Shown one piece after another: positions 29,224 through 39,826 of a stretch of DNA of 64,000 nt; position 1 is the stretch's first letter; every line of letters starts with the position of its first letter. The notes beneath the pieces were generated by a model, which worked only from the letters and a program-made list of their open reading frames with translations, did no database searches and was not told the origin of the DNA. This DNA is from Acidimicrobiales bacterium (GTDB lineage Bacteria; Actinomycetota; Acidimicrobiia; Acidimicrobiales; RAAP-2): assembly GCA_052326605.1 (NCBI GenBank), contig JBKQMB010000044.1:862-64861 (forward strand), given 5' to 3'. The position numbers were made by a program, and so were the translations under genes.

Positions 29224-29634
29224 TCAGTGCAGGCCCGGGAAGAAGATCTCGATCTCCCGTGCCGCCGACTCCGTGGAGTCCGATCCGTGCACGAGGTTCT
29301 CACCCATCTCGAGGGCGAGATCACCCCGGATCGTGCCGGGCGCGGCGTCCACCGGGTTGGTGGCGCCCATCAGGTTGCGCACCACCTTGTAGGTCTCGTC
29401 AGGGCCTTCCACTACCATCACCAGCGCCGGCGACCGGGTGATGAACAGCACCAGCTCGCCGAAGAAGGGCTTGCCCTGGTGCTCTTCGTAGTGCCGGCCC
29501 GCCACCTCCTCGGTGATGGTCCGCAGCTCGGCGGCGACCAGGCGCAGGCCCTTCCGCTCGATCCGGCCGATGATCTCTCCGGCAAGGCCGCGTTCGACCG
29601 CATCGGGCTTGGCGATGACAAGTGTTCGTCCCAC
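29224..29634 (-). CDS. ndk: Nucleoside diphosphate kinase
   Basis: [15 protein letters not shown]...GATNP...IRGDLA...NLVHGSDS is a canonical Ndk sequence. Confidence 0.97.
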   Translation of the reverse strand: MGRTLVIAKPDAVERGLAGEIIGRIERKGLRLVAAELRTITEEVAGRHYEEHQGKPFFGELVLFITRSPALVMVVEGPDETYKVVRNLMGATNPVDAAPGTIRGDLALEMGENLVHGSDSTESAAREIEIFFPGLH

Positions 29635-29729
29635 GAGCGGGGCAGGCTAGCCGACCACTCGCACCCTGTCAGACCCCGTGACCCGGGCGGTGGTCGACGC
29701 GATGGCCCCGACAACCACGCCGGGCCGAC

Positions 29730-31049
29730 TCACACCGTGTCGTGGACCAACAGACGCCGCGCGTCCGCCACCACGTAGAGGGAACCGCACACGATGATGC
29801 GGTCGTCCGGCCCGGCCCGTTCGACCGCCAGGCGCACCGCCTCGGCGGGGGATCCGGACAAGGTGACCTCCATCCCCAGACTGGCAGCGGCTTCGGCCAC
29901 CACTTCGGCCGGCAGGGCACGCGGGGAGGCCGGGGCGCAGACCACGATCGACCGGATCCCGGCGGTCAGCAGGGCGTCGAGCATCGCCGCCGGATCGCGG
30001 CCTGACAGCATGCCGACGACGGCCACTGCGTCGCCGTCGACGTTGAACTCCTCGACCAGCGAGCGGGCCAGGGCCACCATGCCGGCGGCATTGTGGGCGC
30101 CGTCCACCACCACCAGCGGATGGCGGCCGATCACCTCGAGGCGACCGGGCACCCGCACCCCTGCCAGGGCCTCGGCGACCACGTCCTCGTGCACCGGGGC
30201 ACCGAAGAACGCCTCGACGGCAGCCAGGGCGCAGGACGCATTGTCCCCCTGATGGGCGCCGTGGAGTGGGAGCAGCAGCTCGCCGTAGGCGGCAACCGGG
30301 GTGCGGAGGTCGAGCAGGCGCCCACCTACCGCCAGTCGGTTGGCGGTGCAGCCGAACTCCTGACCCCGGAACCAGACCTCGGACGCCCCGACCCGGAGCG
30401 CTGCCTCCCGGAGCAGCGCTACCAGGGTGGGGTCGGACTCGCCGATGACCACCCTGCTGTCCGGCTTGAAGATCCCCGACTTGTCGCGGGCGATGTCCTC
30501 GAGCGTCGGGCCGAGCACCTCGGTGTGGTCGAAGCTGATGTTGGTCACGACGGCCACGTCCCCGTCGACCACGTTGGTGCAGTCCCACCGGCCGCCGAGG
30601 CCGACCTCCACGACAGCCACGTCGACGGCCTCGTCGGCGAACCAGGCGAGGGCCGCCGCCGTCAGCAGCTCGAACCGGGTGGGCCGGTCCCCCATCAGCT
30701 CCTCCAGCCGGGCCAGCGACTCGAGCACCTCGACGAAGGCGCCGTCGTCGATGGGCACCCCGTTCCGCGAGATCCGCTCGTTCACCCGGGCCAGATTGGG
30801 GCTGGTGTAGGTGCCGACCGACAACCCCTGACCGCCGAGCAGCGCCGTGACCATGGCCGCGGTGGAGCCCTTGCCATTGGTTCCGGTGATGTGCACGGAC
30901 CGGTAGGCGGTCTGGGGATCTCCCAGCAGGTCCATCAGCTCGCGCATCCGGTCGAGGGTGGGGAGCGACCTGCGTGACGGCATGGCCGACTCGAAGTCGA
31001 TGTGCGAGTCGAGCCAGTCGAGGGCGTCGGGAAGATCGTCGAAGTTCAC
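29730..31049 (-). CDS. folC: Folylpolyglutamate synthase / dihydrofolate synthase
   Basis: HITGTNGKGST P-loop and Mur-ligase-like middle and C-terminal domains. The GTG at 31049 gives 439 aa. The maximal ORF reaches 31223. Confidence 0.9.
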   Translation of the reverse strand: MNFDDLPDALDWLDSHIDFESAMPSRRSLPTLDRMRELMDLLGDPQTAYRSVHITGTNGKGSTAAMVTALLGGQGLSVGTYTSPNLARVNERISRNGVPIDDGAFVEVLESLARLEELMGDRPTRFELLTAAALAWFADEAVDVAVVEVGLGGRWDCTNVVDGDVAVVTNISFDHTEVLGPTLEDIARDKSGIFKPDSRVVIGESDPTLVALLREAALRVGASEVWFRGQEFGCTANRLAVGGRLLDLRTPVAAYGELLLPLHGAHQGDNASCALAAVEAFFGAPVHEDVVAEALAGVRVPGRLEVIGRHPLVVVDGAHNAAGMVALARSLVEEFNVDGDAVAVVGMLSGRDPAAMLDALLTAGIRSIVVCAPASPRALPAEVVAEAAASLGMEVTLSGSPAEAVRLAVERAGPDDRIIVCGSLYVVADARRLLVHDTV

Positions 31050-31117
31050 GATTGCATCTGCAGGATCGGGCAGGCCGGGCCGGCCGTCGGCCCGCGGGCT
31101 CGTTCCGACGAGGGTCC

Positions 31118-32401
31118 TTAGGAGGCAGCTCTGCGGCTTCGGGCGGACTTGGCCGGAGGGCTGTTCAGCGGCACCAGGGTCGGATGCACCTTGTCGAGTA
31201 CCACGGCACGGTCCACGACGCATTTGGAGATGTCGGTCCGGCTGGGCAGGTCGTACATGACCTCGAGGAGGACCTCCTCGAGGATTGCGCGCAGCCCCCT
31301 GGCCCCGGTCCCCCGCAGCAGCGCCTGTTCGGCCACCGCCTCGAGGGCGTCGTCGGTCAGCTCGAGTTCGACCTGGTCGAGTTCGAAGACCCTCTTGTAC
31401 TGGCGGGTCAGTGCGTTCTTCGGCTCGACCAGGATGCGGATGAGCGCCTCCTTGTAGAGGTGGGAGACCGCCCCCACCACCGGCAGTCGGCCGATGAACT
31501 CGGGGATCAGCCCGAACTTCATCAGGTCTTCGGGGAGCACGTGGCGGAGCAGCTCGGAGTCGTCCCGCTCGGACGCCTTGCGCACTTCGGCGCGGAAGCC
31601 CATCCCCTTGCGGCCGATACGGTTCTCGATGATCGTGTCGACCCCGGCGAAGGCCCCGCCGCAGATGAACAGGATGTTGGTGGTGTCGATCTGGATGAAC
31701 TCCTGGTGAGGGTGCTTGCGCCCACCCTGCGGGGGGACCGACGCGGTCGTGCCCTCGAGGATCTTCAACAGCGCCTGTTGCACCCCTTCGCCGGAGACGT
31801 CGCGGGTGATCGAGGGGTTCTCCGACTTTCGGGCGATCTTGTCGATCTCGTCGATGTAGATGATGCCGGTCTCGGCCCGCTTGACGTCGTAATCAGCGGC
31901 CTGGATCAACTTCAACAGGATGTTCTCGACGTCCTCGCCCACATAGCCGGCCTCGGTGAGCGCTGTGGCATCGGCGATGGCGAAGGGCACGTTGAGCATC
32001 CGGGCCAGCGTCTGGGCCAGGAGGGTCTTGCCGCAGCCCGTGGGGCCGAGGAGGAGGATGTTCGACTTGGCCAGCTCCACCTCGTTGTCGTTGGTGCCGT
32101 TGCTGCCCGCCTGGACCCGCTTGTAGTGGTTGTAGACGGCGACCGAGAGGATCTTCTTTGCGTACTCCTGCCCGATCACGTAGTCGTTGAGGAACTCGTA
32201 GATCTCCTTCGGCTTCGGCAGCTCTTCGAAGGTGAGTTCCGTGGTGTCGGCCAACTCCTCGGCGATGATGTCGTTGCACAGCTCGATGCACTCATCGCAG
32301 ATGTACACGCCGGGCCCGGCGATCAGCTTCTTCACCTGCTTCTGCGACTTGCCGCAGAAGCTGCACTTCACAAGATCGCCCCCGTCTCCGAACTTCGCCA
32401 C
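31118..32401 (-). CDS. clpX: ATP-dependent Clp protease ATP-binding subunit ClpX
   Basis: Zinc-binding N-terminus (CSFCGKSQ...ICDECI) and Walker A ([11 protein letters not shown]), with ClpX-like sequence throughout. Confidence 0.97.
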   Translation of the reverse strand: MAKFGDGGDLVKCSFCGKSQKQVKKLIAGPGVYICDECIELCNDIIAEELADTTELTFEELPKPKEIYEFLNDYVIGQEYAKKILSVAVYNHYKRVQAGSNGTNDNEVELAKSNILLLGPTGCGKTLLAQTLARMLNVPFAIADATALTEAGYVGEDVENILLKLIQAADYDVKRAETGIIYIDEIDKIARKSENPSITRDVSGEGVQQALLKILEGTTASVPPQGGRKHPHQEFIQIDTTNILFICGGAFAGVDTIIENRIGRKGMGFRAEVRKASERDDSELLRHVLPEDLMKFGLIPEFIGRLPVVGAVSHLYKEALIRILVEPKNALTRQYKRVFELDQVELELTDDALEAVAEQALLRGTGARGLRAILEEVLLEVMYDLPSRTDISKCVVDRAVVLDKVHPTLVPLNSPPAKSARSRRAAS

Positions 32402-32607
32402 GTCGGTTCCTCTTGTCCTTCTGTCAGTGGTCCCTGTTGCTCATACGTACGTGCTGCTCGCTACGACCCTGCTGCCCGATGTGGCGTCACCCGCCGCATC
32501 GCTCGCTGCCCTGCACCTCCGTCCGGGGCGACCCATGCCCCCGGCACGTCTCCCGACTCCTCAACCCTAGCGGCTGGGCCGGCTCCGACGGGCCTCCGTG
32601 CACCGGA

Positions 32608-33261
32608 CTAGGCCGCCCCGACCGCCTCGATGCCGACGGCGTCCCTGGCCGAGATCACTTCGTCGATCAATCCGTAGGCCACCGCTTCTTCCGCCGTCAT
32701 GATGAAGTCGCGGTCTGTGTCCTTGGAAACGCGCTCGACCGTCTGGCCGGTGTCGCCGGCCAGCATCCCGTTGAGGAGGTCGCGCATCCGCAGGATCTCC
32801 TTGGCCTGGAGCTCGATGTCGCTGGCCTGGCCCTCCACGCCACCGAACGGCTGGTGCAACAGGATGCGGGCATGGGGCAGGGCGAAGCGCTTTCCCCTGG
32901 TGCCCGCTCCGAGGAGGACCGCAGCAGCCGAGGCCGCCTGTCCGAAGCAGAAGGTGGACATGTCCGGCTTGATGTACTTCATCGTGTCGTAGATGGCGAA
33001 CAGCGCCGTGATGTCGCCGCCGGGCGAATTGATGTAGAGGTGGATGTCCTTGTCCGCCTCTTCCGACTCCAGGAAGAGGAGCTGGGCGCAGACCAGGTTG
33101 GCCACCGTGTCGTTGATCGGTGTGCCGAGGAAGATGATCCGCTCCCGCAGGAGGCGCGAGTACAGGTCGTAGTTGCGCTCTCCCCTGCTGGTGGACTCGA
33201 CCACCCACGGCACACTGTACGCCTGTGCATCCATCGGCCTGGTTGCCTCTGTGAAGCTCAT
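32608..33261 (-). CDS. clpP: ATP-dependent Clp protease proteolytic subunit ClpP
   Basis: [13 protein letters not shown]...[10 protein letters not shown]...[10 protein letters not shown] (catalytic Ser context). The ATG overlaps the tig stop (ATGA). Confidence 0.95.
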   Translation of the reverse strand: MSFTEATRPMDAQAYSVPWVVESTSRGERNYDLYSRLLRERIIFLGTPINDTVANLVCAQLLFLESEEADKDIHLYINSPGGDITALFAIYDTMKYIKPDMSTFCFGQAASAAAVLLGAGTRGKRFALPHARILLHQPFGGVEGQASDIELQAKEILRMRDLLNGMLAGDTGQTVERVSKDTDRDFIMTAEEAVAYGLIDEVISARDAVGIEAVGAA

Positions 33262-34604
33262 TCCGAGTCCTCCTCGCCCTGGTTCACCTTCAGGTCGTCC
33301 CGCGACACGGGCCTCCCCTCCTCATCGACCAGATCGACATTGTCGATCAGCCAGCGCATGGCTTTGGCCTTGCGCCGGTCCGAGCGTACCGCCGCAAGCC
33401 GGCCGGCCCGGTCCAGTTGCTCCCGAACCTGGTCGACGTCCATCTCCAGACGCTCGCCCATGGCGGCCAGCTCGTCGTCGAGCTCTTCGTCGGTCAGCTC
33501 GATGGACTCCTCCTCAGCGAGGGCACGGAGCGCCAGGTCGGCCTTGACGCTCTGGAGGGCGCCTGTCCGCAGCTCCTCGAGGAACTCCTCCTCGCTGCGA
33601 CCGGTGGCGCCGAGGAATTGGCCCAGGTTCATCCCCTGGCCCTCGAGGCGGTGGTTCAGGTCGTGGACCCTCTCGCGCTGCTCCTCGACGACGAGCTGCT
33701 CGGGGATCTCCTCGGTCACCAGTTCGACCAACGCCTCGACGGTCTTCTGCTGGAGGGCCAGCTGCGCCTGGACGATGCGGCGCTGCCGGAGGCGCTCCGC
33801 GATGTCGGCAGTCAGCTCCTCGACCGTGTCGAACTCCGAGGCCTCGGCGGCCCACTCGTCGTCGAGTTCGGGAAGGTCCAGCTCCTTCACGTCCTTGACC
33901 AGTACACGGAACGAGACCGTGTGGCCGAGCGGTTCGATGGTCGAGTCGAACTCGAAGATGTCGCCGACCTTCGCTCCCCGCAGCTGGTCGTCGAGCTCGG
34001 GCACCACACCGCCGCTCCCCACCTCGTAGAGCAGGTCCTCGGCATCGAGGTCACGGTCGTCAGCGGCCCCCTCCGGTCCCTCGCGGGTGCCGTGGATGTC
34101 GATGGTGACCTGGTCGCCGTCGCGGGCCGGCCGCGTCACTTCCACCAACTCGCCCGAGGTGGCCCGTAGGCGATCGATCTGGGCGGTGACCTCCTCGTCG
34201 GGGACGTCCAGGCCCGGGAGGCTCACCACCAGCCCCCCGTATCCGGGGATGGCCACTGTCGGCCGCACCATCACGACGGCATCGAACGACACGGCCCCCG
34301 ATTCGTCACCGGAGGTGATGTCGATCTCCGGCTGGTCGATGGGGTCGAGTTCGGCGTCGGTCACCGCCCGGGCGTAGAAATCGGGGAGCGCCTCACGGAT
34401 CGCCTCGACCCGCAGGGCCGCCGGCCCTCCCATCCGGGCCTCGAGGACCCGGCGGGGCACCTTCCCGGGGCGGAAACCGGGCACCCGCACCTCACGGGAC
34501 AACCGCCTCATGACCCCGTCGAGGGCCTCGTCCATCTCCGTTTCGTCGATCTCGACTGACAGGCGGACCTTGTTGCCCTCCTCGGGCGCTGCTGTGGCAC
34601 GCAT
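33258..34604 (-). CDS. tig: Trigger factor
   Basis: [17 protein letters not shown]...[15 protein letters not shown] and an acidic C-terminus. The start is taken at ATG 34604 (MRATAAPE...). Confidence 0.93.
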   Translation of the reverse strand: MRATAAPEEGNKVRLSVEIDETEMDEALDGVMRRLSREVRVPGFRPGKVPRRVLEARMGGPAALRVEAIREALPDFYARAVTDAELDPIDQPEIDITSGDESGAVSFDAVVMVRPTVAIPGYGGLVVSLPGLDVPDEEVTAQIDRLRATSGELVEVTRPARDGDQVTIDIHGTREGPEGAADDRDLDAEDLLYEVGSGGVVPELDDQLRGAKVGDIFEFDSTIEPLGHTVSFRVLVKDVKELDLPELDDEWAAEASEFDTVEELTADIAERLRQRRIVQAQLALQQKTVEALVELVTEEIPEQLVVEEQRERVHDLNHRLEGQGMNLGQFLGATGRSEEEFLEELRTGALQSVKADLALRALAEEESIELTDEELDDELAAMGERLEMDVDQVREQLDRAGRLAAVRSDRRKAKAMRWLIDNVDLVDEEGRPVSRDDLKVNQGEEDSE

Positions 34605-34724
34605 ACGAATAGGTGAGTGTACTGGCACCCGGGCTCACCTCTTTCTTTCCGCCCCGTCGGGTGCCTGCGGGCCGGCGGCTCCGGGGTGAGTCCCGGGAGG
34701 TATCAGGAGAGACCGATCCCCACC

Positions 34725-35552
34725 TCAGATCATGAAGGCCATGGACGCCAGCACCTTGTGACCGATGGCCACGTCCCCGTCGACCCGGACCTGACCGGAC
34801 GCCAGTACCCGGGCCGGCTCCACCCGGCCCAACCCGAGGCGCCAGAACGTCTCCTGGTCCATGGTCAGCACCACCGAAGGAGCGAGAGTGGACGGCGTCC
34901 CCCGTGGCGAGGCGCGACCGGCGTCCATCACAATCAGGATCTGGCGTCCCATGACCCCGGTGACGCTGAACAGCACCGAGCTGCCGTCCTGCGGGGCCAC
35001 GCGCTTGCCCACCACATAGACCATGGCCTTCTCGCACCGATCGAGGACGACTGCCTCGCCGACGCCGTTGCGCCCGCCGGGCCGGCCGACCGAACGCCTG
35101 GCGTCCTGTTCGTGGGCCCAGCTGTCGAGAATGCGGGTCTGCATGAACTCGCGGTACGGAACCTCACCGATCGGGCTCCAGCCGACCACGTCGAATTCGT
35201 CTGCCGGCTTGGCCCGCAGTGCGGTGAGTCGCCGTTGGGTGACGTCGACGAACTCGGCCAGCACCTCGCTCCCGGACACCCGCCGCCTGGCCTCCACCCA
35301 CGCCTCGTTCATCTCGCCGAACGAGTTGGCGACATGGGCCGGAACGTCGGTCAGCGGAGGGGGTGGCGTGTCACCGAGCAGCAGGCGCTCGACGCCGACG
35401 AGATGCGAGAACTGATCCTTTACCGTCCACCCGGGGCAGTCGGTGGCGAGCTCCCACTGCCTGGCGCCGATTGCCCGCCCCACGTCGACCATGGACGTCC
35501 ACACCTGGGCCAGGTGGCCGACCACTGGTTCGCGATTTGACGGACCGCTCAT
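34725..35552 (-). CDS. Mycothiol-dependent maleylpyruvate-isomerase-type (DinB/MDMPI N-terminal domain) protein
   Basis: HLAQVW...CPGWTVKDQFSHLVGVE is typical of the actinobacterial TIGR03083-like DinB family. Confidence 0.8.
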   Translation of the reverse strand: MSGPSNREPVVGHLAQVWTSMVDVGRAIGARQWELATDCPGWTVKDQFSHLVGVERLLLGDTPPPPLTDVPAHVANSFGEMNEAWVEARRRVSGSEVLAEFVDVTQRRLTALRAKPADEFDVVGWSPIGEVPYREFMQTRILDSWAHEQDARRSVGRPGGRNGVGEAVVLDRCEKAMVYVVGKRVAPQDGSSVLFSVTGVMGRQILIVMDAGRASPRGTPSTLAPSVVLTMDQETFWRLGLGRVEPARVLASGQVRVDGDVAIGHKVLASMAFMI

Positions 35553-35584
35553 TCGTCCCCTTCCACCCATCGAGCCGACCTGTC

Positions 35585-36073
35585 TCAGGCCGGCAGGTTG
35601 GCCTCGATGGCGTCGATCACCTCGGGTGCCTCGGGGTCCACCAGCGGCCTGAACCGGCGCACGATCTCACCGGTCGGGGAGACGAGGAACTTCTCGAAGT
35701 TCCACTGGATGTCGCCGGCTTCGCCGTCTGTGTCGGGGAACGACACCAGCTCGTCGTAGACCGGGTGGCGGCCCTCGCCATTGACCTCGATCTTCTCGAA
35801 CAGGGGGAAGGTGACGCCATAAGTGGCGGAACAGAACGAGGCGATCTCCTCGGAGGTGCCCGGCTCCTGGCCTCCGAACTGGTCGCAGGGGAACCCCAGC
35901 ACGGTGAACCCCCTGTCGCCGTAGGTCTCCTGCAGGCGCTCCAGTCCTTCATACTGAGGGGTGAGGCCGCATTTGGAGGCCACGTTGACCAACAGCAGCG
36001 CCCGGCCGCGATAGTCGCCGACCGAGGCGGGTGTGCCGTCGAGGGAGTGCAGCGTGGGGTCGAAGATACTCAT
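35585..36073 (-). CDS. Glutathione peroxidase family protein
   Basis: LLVNVASKCGLTPQY and LGFPCDQFGGQEPG signature motifs. The ATG is at 36073. Confidence 0.92.
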   Translation of the reverse strand: MSIFDPTLHSLDGTPASVGDYRGRALLLVNVASKCGLTPQYEGLERLQETYGDRGFTVLGFPCDQFGGQEPGTSEEIASFCSATYGVTFPLFEKIEVNGEGRHPVYDELVSFPDTDGEAGDIQWNFEKFLVSPTGEIVRRFRPLVDPEAPEVIDAIEANLPA

Positions 36074-36294
36074 GGCGTGCAGTGTAGGTGGCCCGGACGG
36101 AGGCCCACCTGACCGGGGCACGGTACGTCGGGCTCGGCCGGAGCCGGCCAGGTCGACCGGATCCCGGGGGCCACTCCCACCGTTCCGGCCCGGGGGCCCG
36201 ATCGCCCCGCGCGGTAAAGAATCGGTGTCCGCCGGTCGAAGAGAGAAGTGACCATACTGTCGATTGCGGGTCGGCCCGGGTGCCGAGGGGTTGG

Positions 36295-39200
36295 ATGACT
36301 AGCCACGTCGAGGTTGAACAGCCGAACCAGACCGAGCAGACCGGAGGGCCCCGGGACGTCTCCGGAGGGGTCGTCCACGTCCTGATCAACCTGGTCCGCA
36401 CGGGGGCGGGCGACGCCGGGGTGGCCCAAGCACTCGCTCTCGCCGGGGAGCAGCGTTCCTTCTCCGCCCTCGGGGACCTGGCCTGCTGGAGCTCGCTCGC
36501 CGAGACCGTGGCGCTGTTCAACGCGGTGGCGCTGGTGACCGGCAACGATGCCATCGGGCTCCACGTGGGCCAGGAACTCCTGCACGCCCCCGACGGGACC
36601 GACTTCGTCGATCGCCTGCGGGCCCTTGGCTCACCGGAGGCCGCCCTCAAACAGGTGACGCCACTACTGGACCACTTCGAGACGACCTCGGAGGCGGTGG
36701 CCCTGGAGGTTGCCGCCGATCACGCGCTGATCCAGGTGTCTCCCCTGCACTCGGACAGCCGGCACGCCCACCTGTGCGAGATGACCAGGGGACTGCTCTC
36801 CGAGATCCCCGGGCTCTACGGATTGGAACCGGCGCTGATCACCGAGCACGAATGCAGTGCCAGGGGTGGCCGGTACTGCCTGTACGCCCTGAGTTGGGAC
36901 GACGGAGGGACCGGACCCGGCCCGGATGCCGGGGCGGAGTCTCCGCTTGATGACCGGGACGAGACCCACGAGGACGACGCTGCCGGCCGGGGGCCGGGGG
37001 ACCGCCCGACGTGGGCACCCGTGGACGTCGTCGAGCGCCTCGAGGCGGAAGCCGTCGCCGAGCGGACGGCGGCCGAGCACACCGTCGCCCGGCTGAACTC
37101 CGAGGTCGACCAGATGGGCACCCTGTTGGAAGGGGCGTTCTCCACGAACCTCGAACTGCTCGACGACGACGCCGACTCACTGCTCTCCCAGATCGCCGCC
37201 CGGGCCGACGCGGTGGTTGCCGCCCCCAACTACCTGCTGATGATCAGGGTCGGTCCCGGCGCACCCATCCAACTCCACCACCGTGGGCTCGAACCCGACG
37301 AGGCCCAGTTGCTCGCGGCAGAGCTGTGGAGGGAGCACCCCGACGATGCCGGCGGGAGGCGTCTCATCGTCGACATCGCCTCACCAGGGCGCCGGTACGG
37401 CCGACTGGCCGAGTTCCTCCCGCCAGGCGCCACCCGCTCCCCGTCAGAGGAGCGGGTGCTGCACCTCTATGCCAAGTACGCCGCCAATGCACTGGACATC
37501 TTCGGTGAGGTCACCAACGCCAGGCGCAGCGATGCCACGGCACGGACGCTGCTTTCGTTCTCCGAGGCCCTTTCCCAGGTGACACACCTGGCCGAGTCGG
37601 TGCAGCTGTTGGCGGACACCGTGCCGTCGGTGACGGGCTGCGACCAGTGCACCGTCTACCTGTGGGACGGCGAGTACGGGCAGATGGTCCCGCGGGCCCG
37701 TACCGCGGGCCTGGAGGATCCCCATGCCCACCTGGGCCCCGTCGTTCCCGTCACCGGATCCGGGCGACCCGCCACCAGGCGGTCGACCACGCCGGGAGGG
37801 CATGAAGAACGCCCTGTCGGCGCAGTACACGAGCCGCCCGAGTCCGGGGTCGTCACCATCCGCATCGACACCCTCGAAATCGAGCGGTTGTTCGTTCACC
37901 ATGAGGTCATCGTCCTCGACGCGTCGACCGAAGATCCCTCCCTGAGGGAGCTGCTCCATCGCTCCCGCACCACCTCATCGGTGGTGGCCCCGCTCTTCGC
38001 CGCCGGCGAGTTCCTCGGAGTGATCGCTGCCAACTTCGGTTCGGTCGGCTCGACTGGGTCCGTCCACGACCCTGACCTCCACGAGCGGCTGGGCGGCCTG
38101 GCCGACCTGGCTGCCACTGCCCTCCAGAACCTCGAGCTGCTCGAGCGGGTCTCCCACATGGCGTGGCACGATGCCCTGACCGGACTGCCCAATCGCCGCC
38201 TGTTCGAGGATCGGGTCGAGCAGGAACTGGTCCGGTCCCGACGGGTCGGCGAGCCGGTCTGCATGTTCTTCGTCGACCTCGACCACTTCAAGGAGGTGAA
38301 CGACACGCTGGGCCACGGGGCCGGGGACGACCTGATCCGACAGGTGGGCGAGCGCCTGGTGGACACCGTGCGCAGCCAAGACACGGTGGCGCGGGTGGGG
38401 GGTGACGAGTTCGCCATCCTCCTGCCCGGACTGGCAGACCAGCTGGCCATCGACCAGCTCGCCCAGCGCACCCTCGATGCGATCGGCGCCCCGTTCATCG
38501 TGTTCGACGAGCAGGTCGAGAACACTGCGTCCATCGGCATCGCCATCGCCCCCGAGCACGGCGACTGCTACGACGACCTCCTCAATCGGGCCGACGCGGC
38601 CATGTACCGCGCCAAGGCCCTGGGCCGGAACACCTTCCAGATGTACATGGCCGAACCCTGGCCGGCCGCGACCGACCGGACGGCGTTCGACGACCGCACG
38701 CTGCTTGCCGAGCTGTCCCGTGCGCTCGAGCGCGACGAGTTCTTCATCCTCTACCAGCCCTACATCGACCTCCACTCCGCCCAGGTGGTCGGAGTCGAGG
38801 CCCTCGTCCGATGGAACCACCCGACCATCGGGGTGCTGGAGCCGTCCTCGTTCATCTCTCTGGCCGAAAAGAGCGACATCATCGTCGCCCTGGACAGATG
38901 GGTGCTCGACCAGACCTGCCGACAAGCCCGGGCCTGGCTCGACCGCGGGCTGGATCCGCTGCGGCTCTCGGTGAACCTCGCCTCCCGCGACCTCTCGCAT
39001 CCGGACTTCTTCGACTGCGTCGAGCGCACCCTCGAGATGACACGCATCGATCCCGCGTCACTCGAGCTCGAGATCACCGAGCGGGTGGTCCTCGACAAGT
39101 CGGGACCGGCCAAGGCGAACATCGAGCGGCTGCGGCAGCTCGGGGTGAAGTTCACCATCGACGATTTCGGAAGCGGGAACTCCTCGCTAAGCCGTATCGG

Positions 39201-39513
39201 CACCTTTCCGGTCAACACACTCAAGATCGACCGGACTTTCGTGCAGGTACTCGGCCCCGACGACGAGAACAACGCGTTGGTGGCCGCGATCATCTCGATG
39301 GCCGACCGGCTTGGACTGGCCTGTGTGGCCGTGGGCGTCGAAACCTCGCTCCAGAACCAGGTCCTCCTCCAGCGCGGCTGCACCACCGCCCAGGGGTACT
39401 TCTTCAGCCCGCCGCTCCCACCCGAGGACATCGAACAGGTGATGGCCACCATCGCCTCGACCGATGGACCGACGGACCGACCCCCGGCGTCCGACGACCA
39501 CCGGCCGGCATGA
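36295..39513 (+). CDS. Multidomain c-di-GMP turnover protein (unassigned N-terminal sensor region, GAF-like regions, GGDEF, EAL)
   Basis: GGDEF site intact (RVGGDEFAILL) and EAL site intact (VEALVRWNHP ... DDFGSG). The start is taken at ATG 36295. The maximal ORF begins at 36088. Confidence 0.9.
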   Translation: MTSHVEVEQPNQTEQTGGPRDVSGGVVHVLINLVRTGAGDAGVAQALALAGEQRSFSALGDLACWSSLAETVALFNAVALVTGNDAIGLHVGQELLHAPDGTDFVDRLRALGSPEAALKQVTPLLDHFETTSEAVALEVAADHALIQVSPLHSDSRHAHLCEMTRGLLSEIPGLYGLEPALITEHECSARGGRYCLYALSWDDGGTGPGPDAGAESPLDDRDETHEDDAAGRGPGDRPTWAPVDVVERLEAEAVAERTAAEHTVARLNSEVDQMGTLLEGAFSTNLELLDDDADSLLSQIAARADAVVAAPNYLLMIRVGPGAPIQLHHRGLEPDEAQLLAAELWREHPDDAGGRRLIVDIASPGRRYGRLAEFLPPGATRSPSEERVLHLYAKYAANALDIFGEVTNARRSDATARTLLSFSEALSQVTHLAESVQLLADTVPSVTGCDQCTVYLWDGEYGQMVPRARTAGLEDPHAHLGPVVPVTGSGRPATRRSTTPGGHEERPVGAVHEPPESGVVTIRIDTLEIERLFVHHEVIVLDASTEDPSLRELLHRSRTTSSVVAPLFAAGEFLGVIAANFGSVGSTGSVHDPDLHERLGGLADLAATALQNLELLERVSHMAWHDALTGLPNRRLFEDRVEQELVRSRRVGEPVCMFFVDLDHFKEVNDTLGHGAGDDLIRQVGERLVDTVRSQDTVARVGGDEFAILLPGLADQLAIDQLAQRTLDAIGAPFIVFDEQVENTASIGIAIAPEHGDCYDDLLNRADAAMYRAKALGRNTFQMYMAEPWPAATDRTAFDDRTLLAELSRALERDEFFILYQPYIDLHSAQVVGVEALVRWNHPTIGVLEPSSFISLAEKSDIIVALDRWVLDQTCRQARAWLDRGLDPLRLSVNLASRDLSHPDFFDCVERTLEMTRIDPASLELEITERVVLDKSGPAKANIERLRQLGVKFTIDDFGSGNSSLSRIGTFPVNTLKIDRTFVQVLGPDDENNALVAAIISMADRLGLACVAVGVETSLQNQVLLQRGCTTAQGYFFSPPLPPEDIEQVMATIASTDGPTDRPPASDDHRPA

Positions 39514-39537
39514 CGCCGGCGGGCGCCTCCGGGGAAG

Positions 39538-39571
39538 CGCTCCACTGCCGACTGCAGCTGGCAGTGGAGCG
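39538..39571 (+). terminator. Strong hairpin 25 nt downstream of the GGDEF-EAL stop (candidate intrinsic terminator without a U-tract)
   Basis: CGCTCCACTGCC - 10-nt loop - GGCAGTGGAGCG forms a 12-bp perfect stem. No T-run follows it. Confidence 0.4.
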
Positions 39572-39657
39572 TCCCATCCCCCCGTTCGTCAGCCCAGACC
39601 GGTACCTTCGAGCCATCCGATCAACGGATGGAACCGTTCGAAGCACGAGGAGGAACC

Positions 39658-39810
39658 ATGGCGTCGTACGAGGGATACTGCGTGAAGTGTCGTGAGAAAC
39701 GGCAGTTCGAAGGCGAAGAGGTCGAGATGGCCAACGGCCGGCGGTCCGCCAAGGGCAAGTGCCCGACGTGCGGCACCGGGATGAACAGGATCCTCGGCAA
39801 GAAGGCCTGA
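39658..39810 (+). CDS. DUF5679-type small zinc-ribbon protein
   Basis: MASYEGYCVKCREKRQFEGEEVEMANGRRSAKGKCPTCGTGMNRILGKKA has CxxC...CxxC. GAGGAGG lies 5 nt upstream of the ATG at 39658. Confidence 0.75.
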   Translation: MASYEGYCVKCREKRQFEGEEVEMANGRRSAKGKCPTCGTGMNRILGKKA

Positions 39811-39826
39811 ACACCCAGGGACAGGG

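Noticed and set aside
32608-33261. Single clpP between tig and clpX (Actinobacteria usually have a clpP1-clpP2 pair here)
   Set aside because: A second clpP could lie elsewhere in the genome. This cannot be evaluated from this window, so it is not raised as a finding.
36088-36294. Upstream extension of the GGDEF-EAL ORF
   Set aside because: It overlaps the divergent gpx gene's 5' end and promoter region and is compositionally odd. The ATG at 36295 gives a cleaner start. This is not proven.
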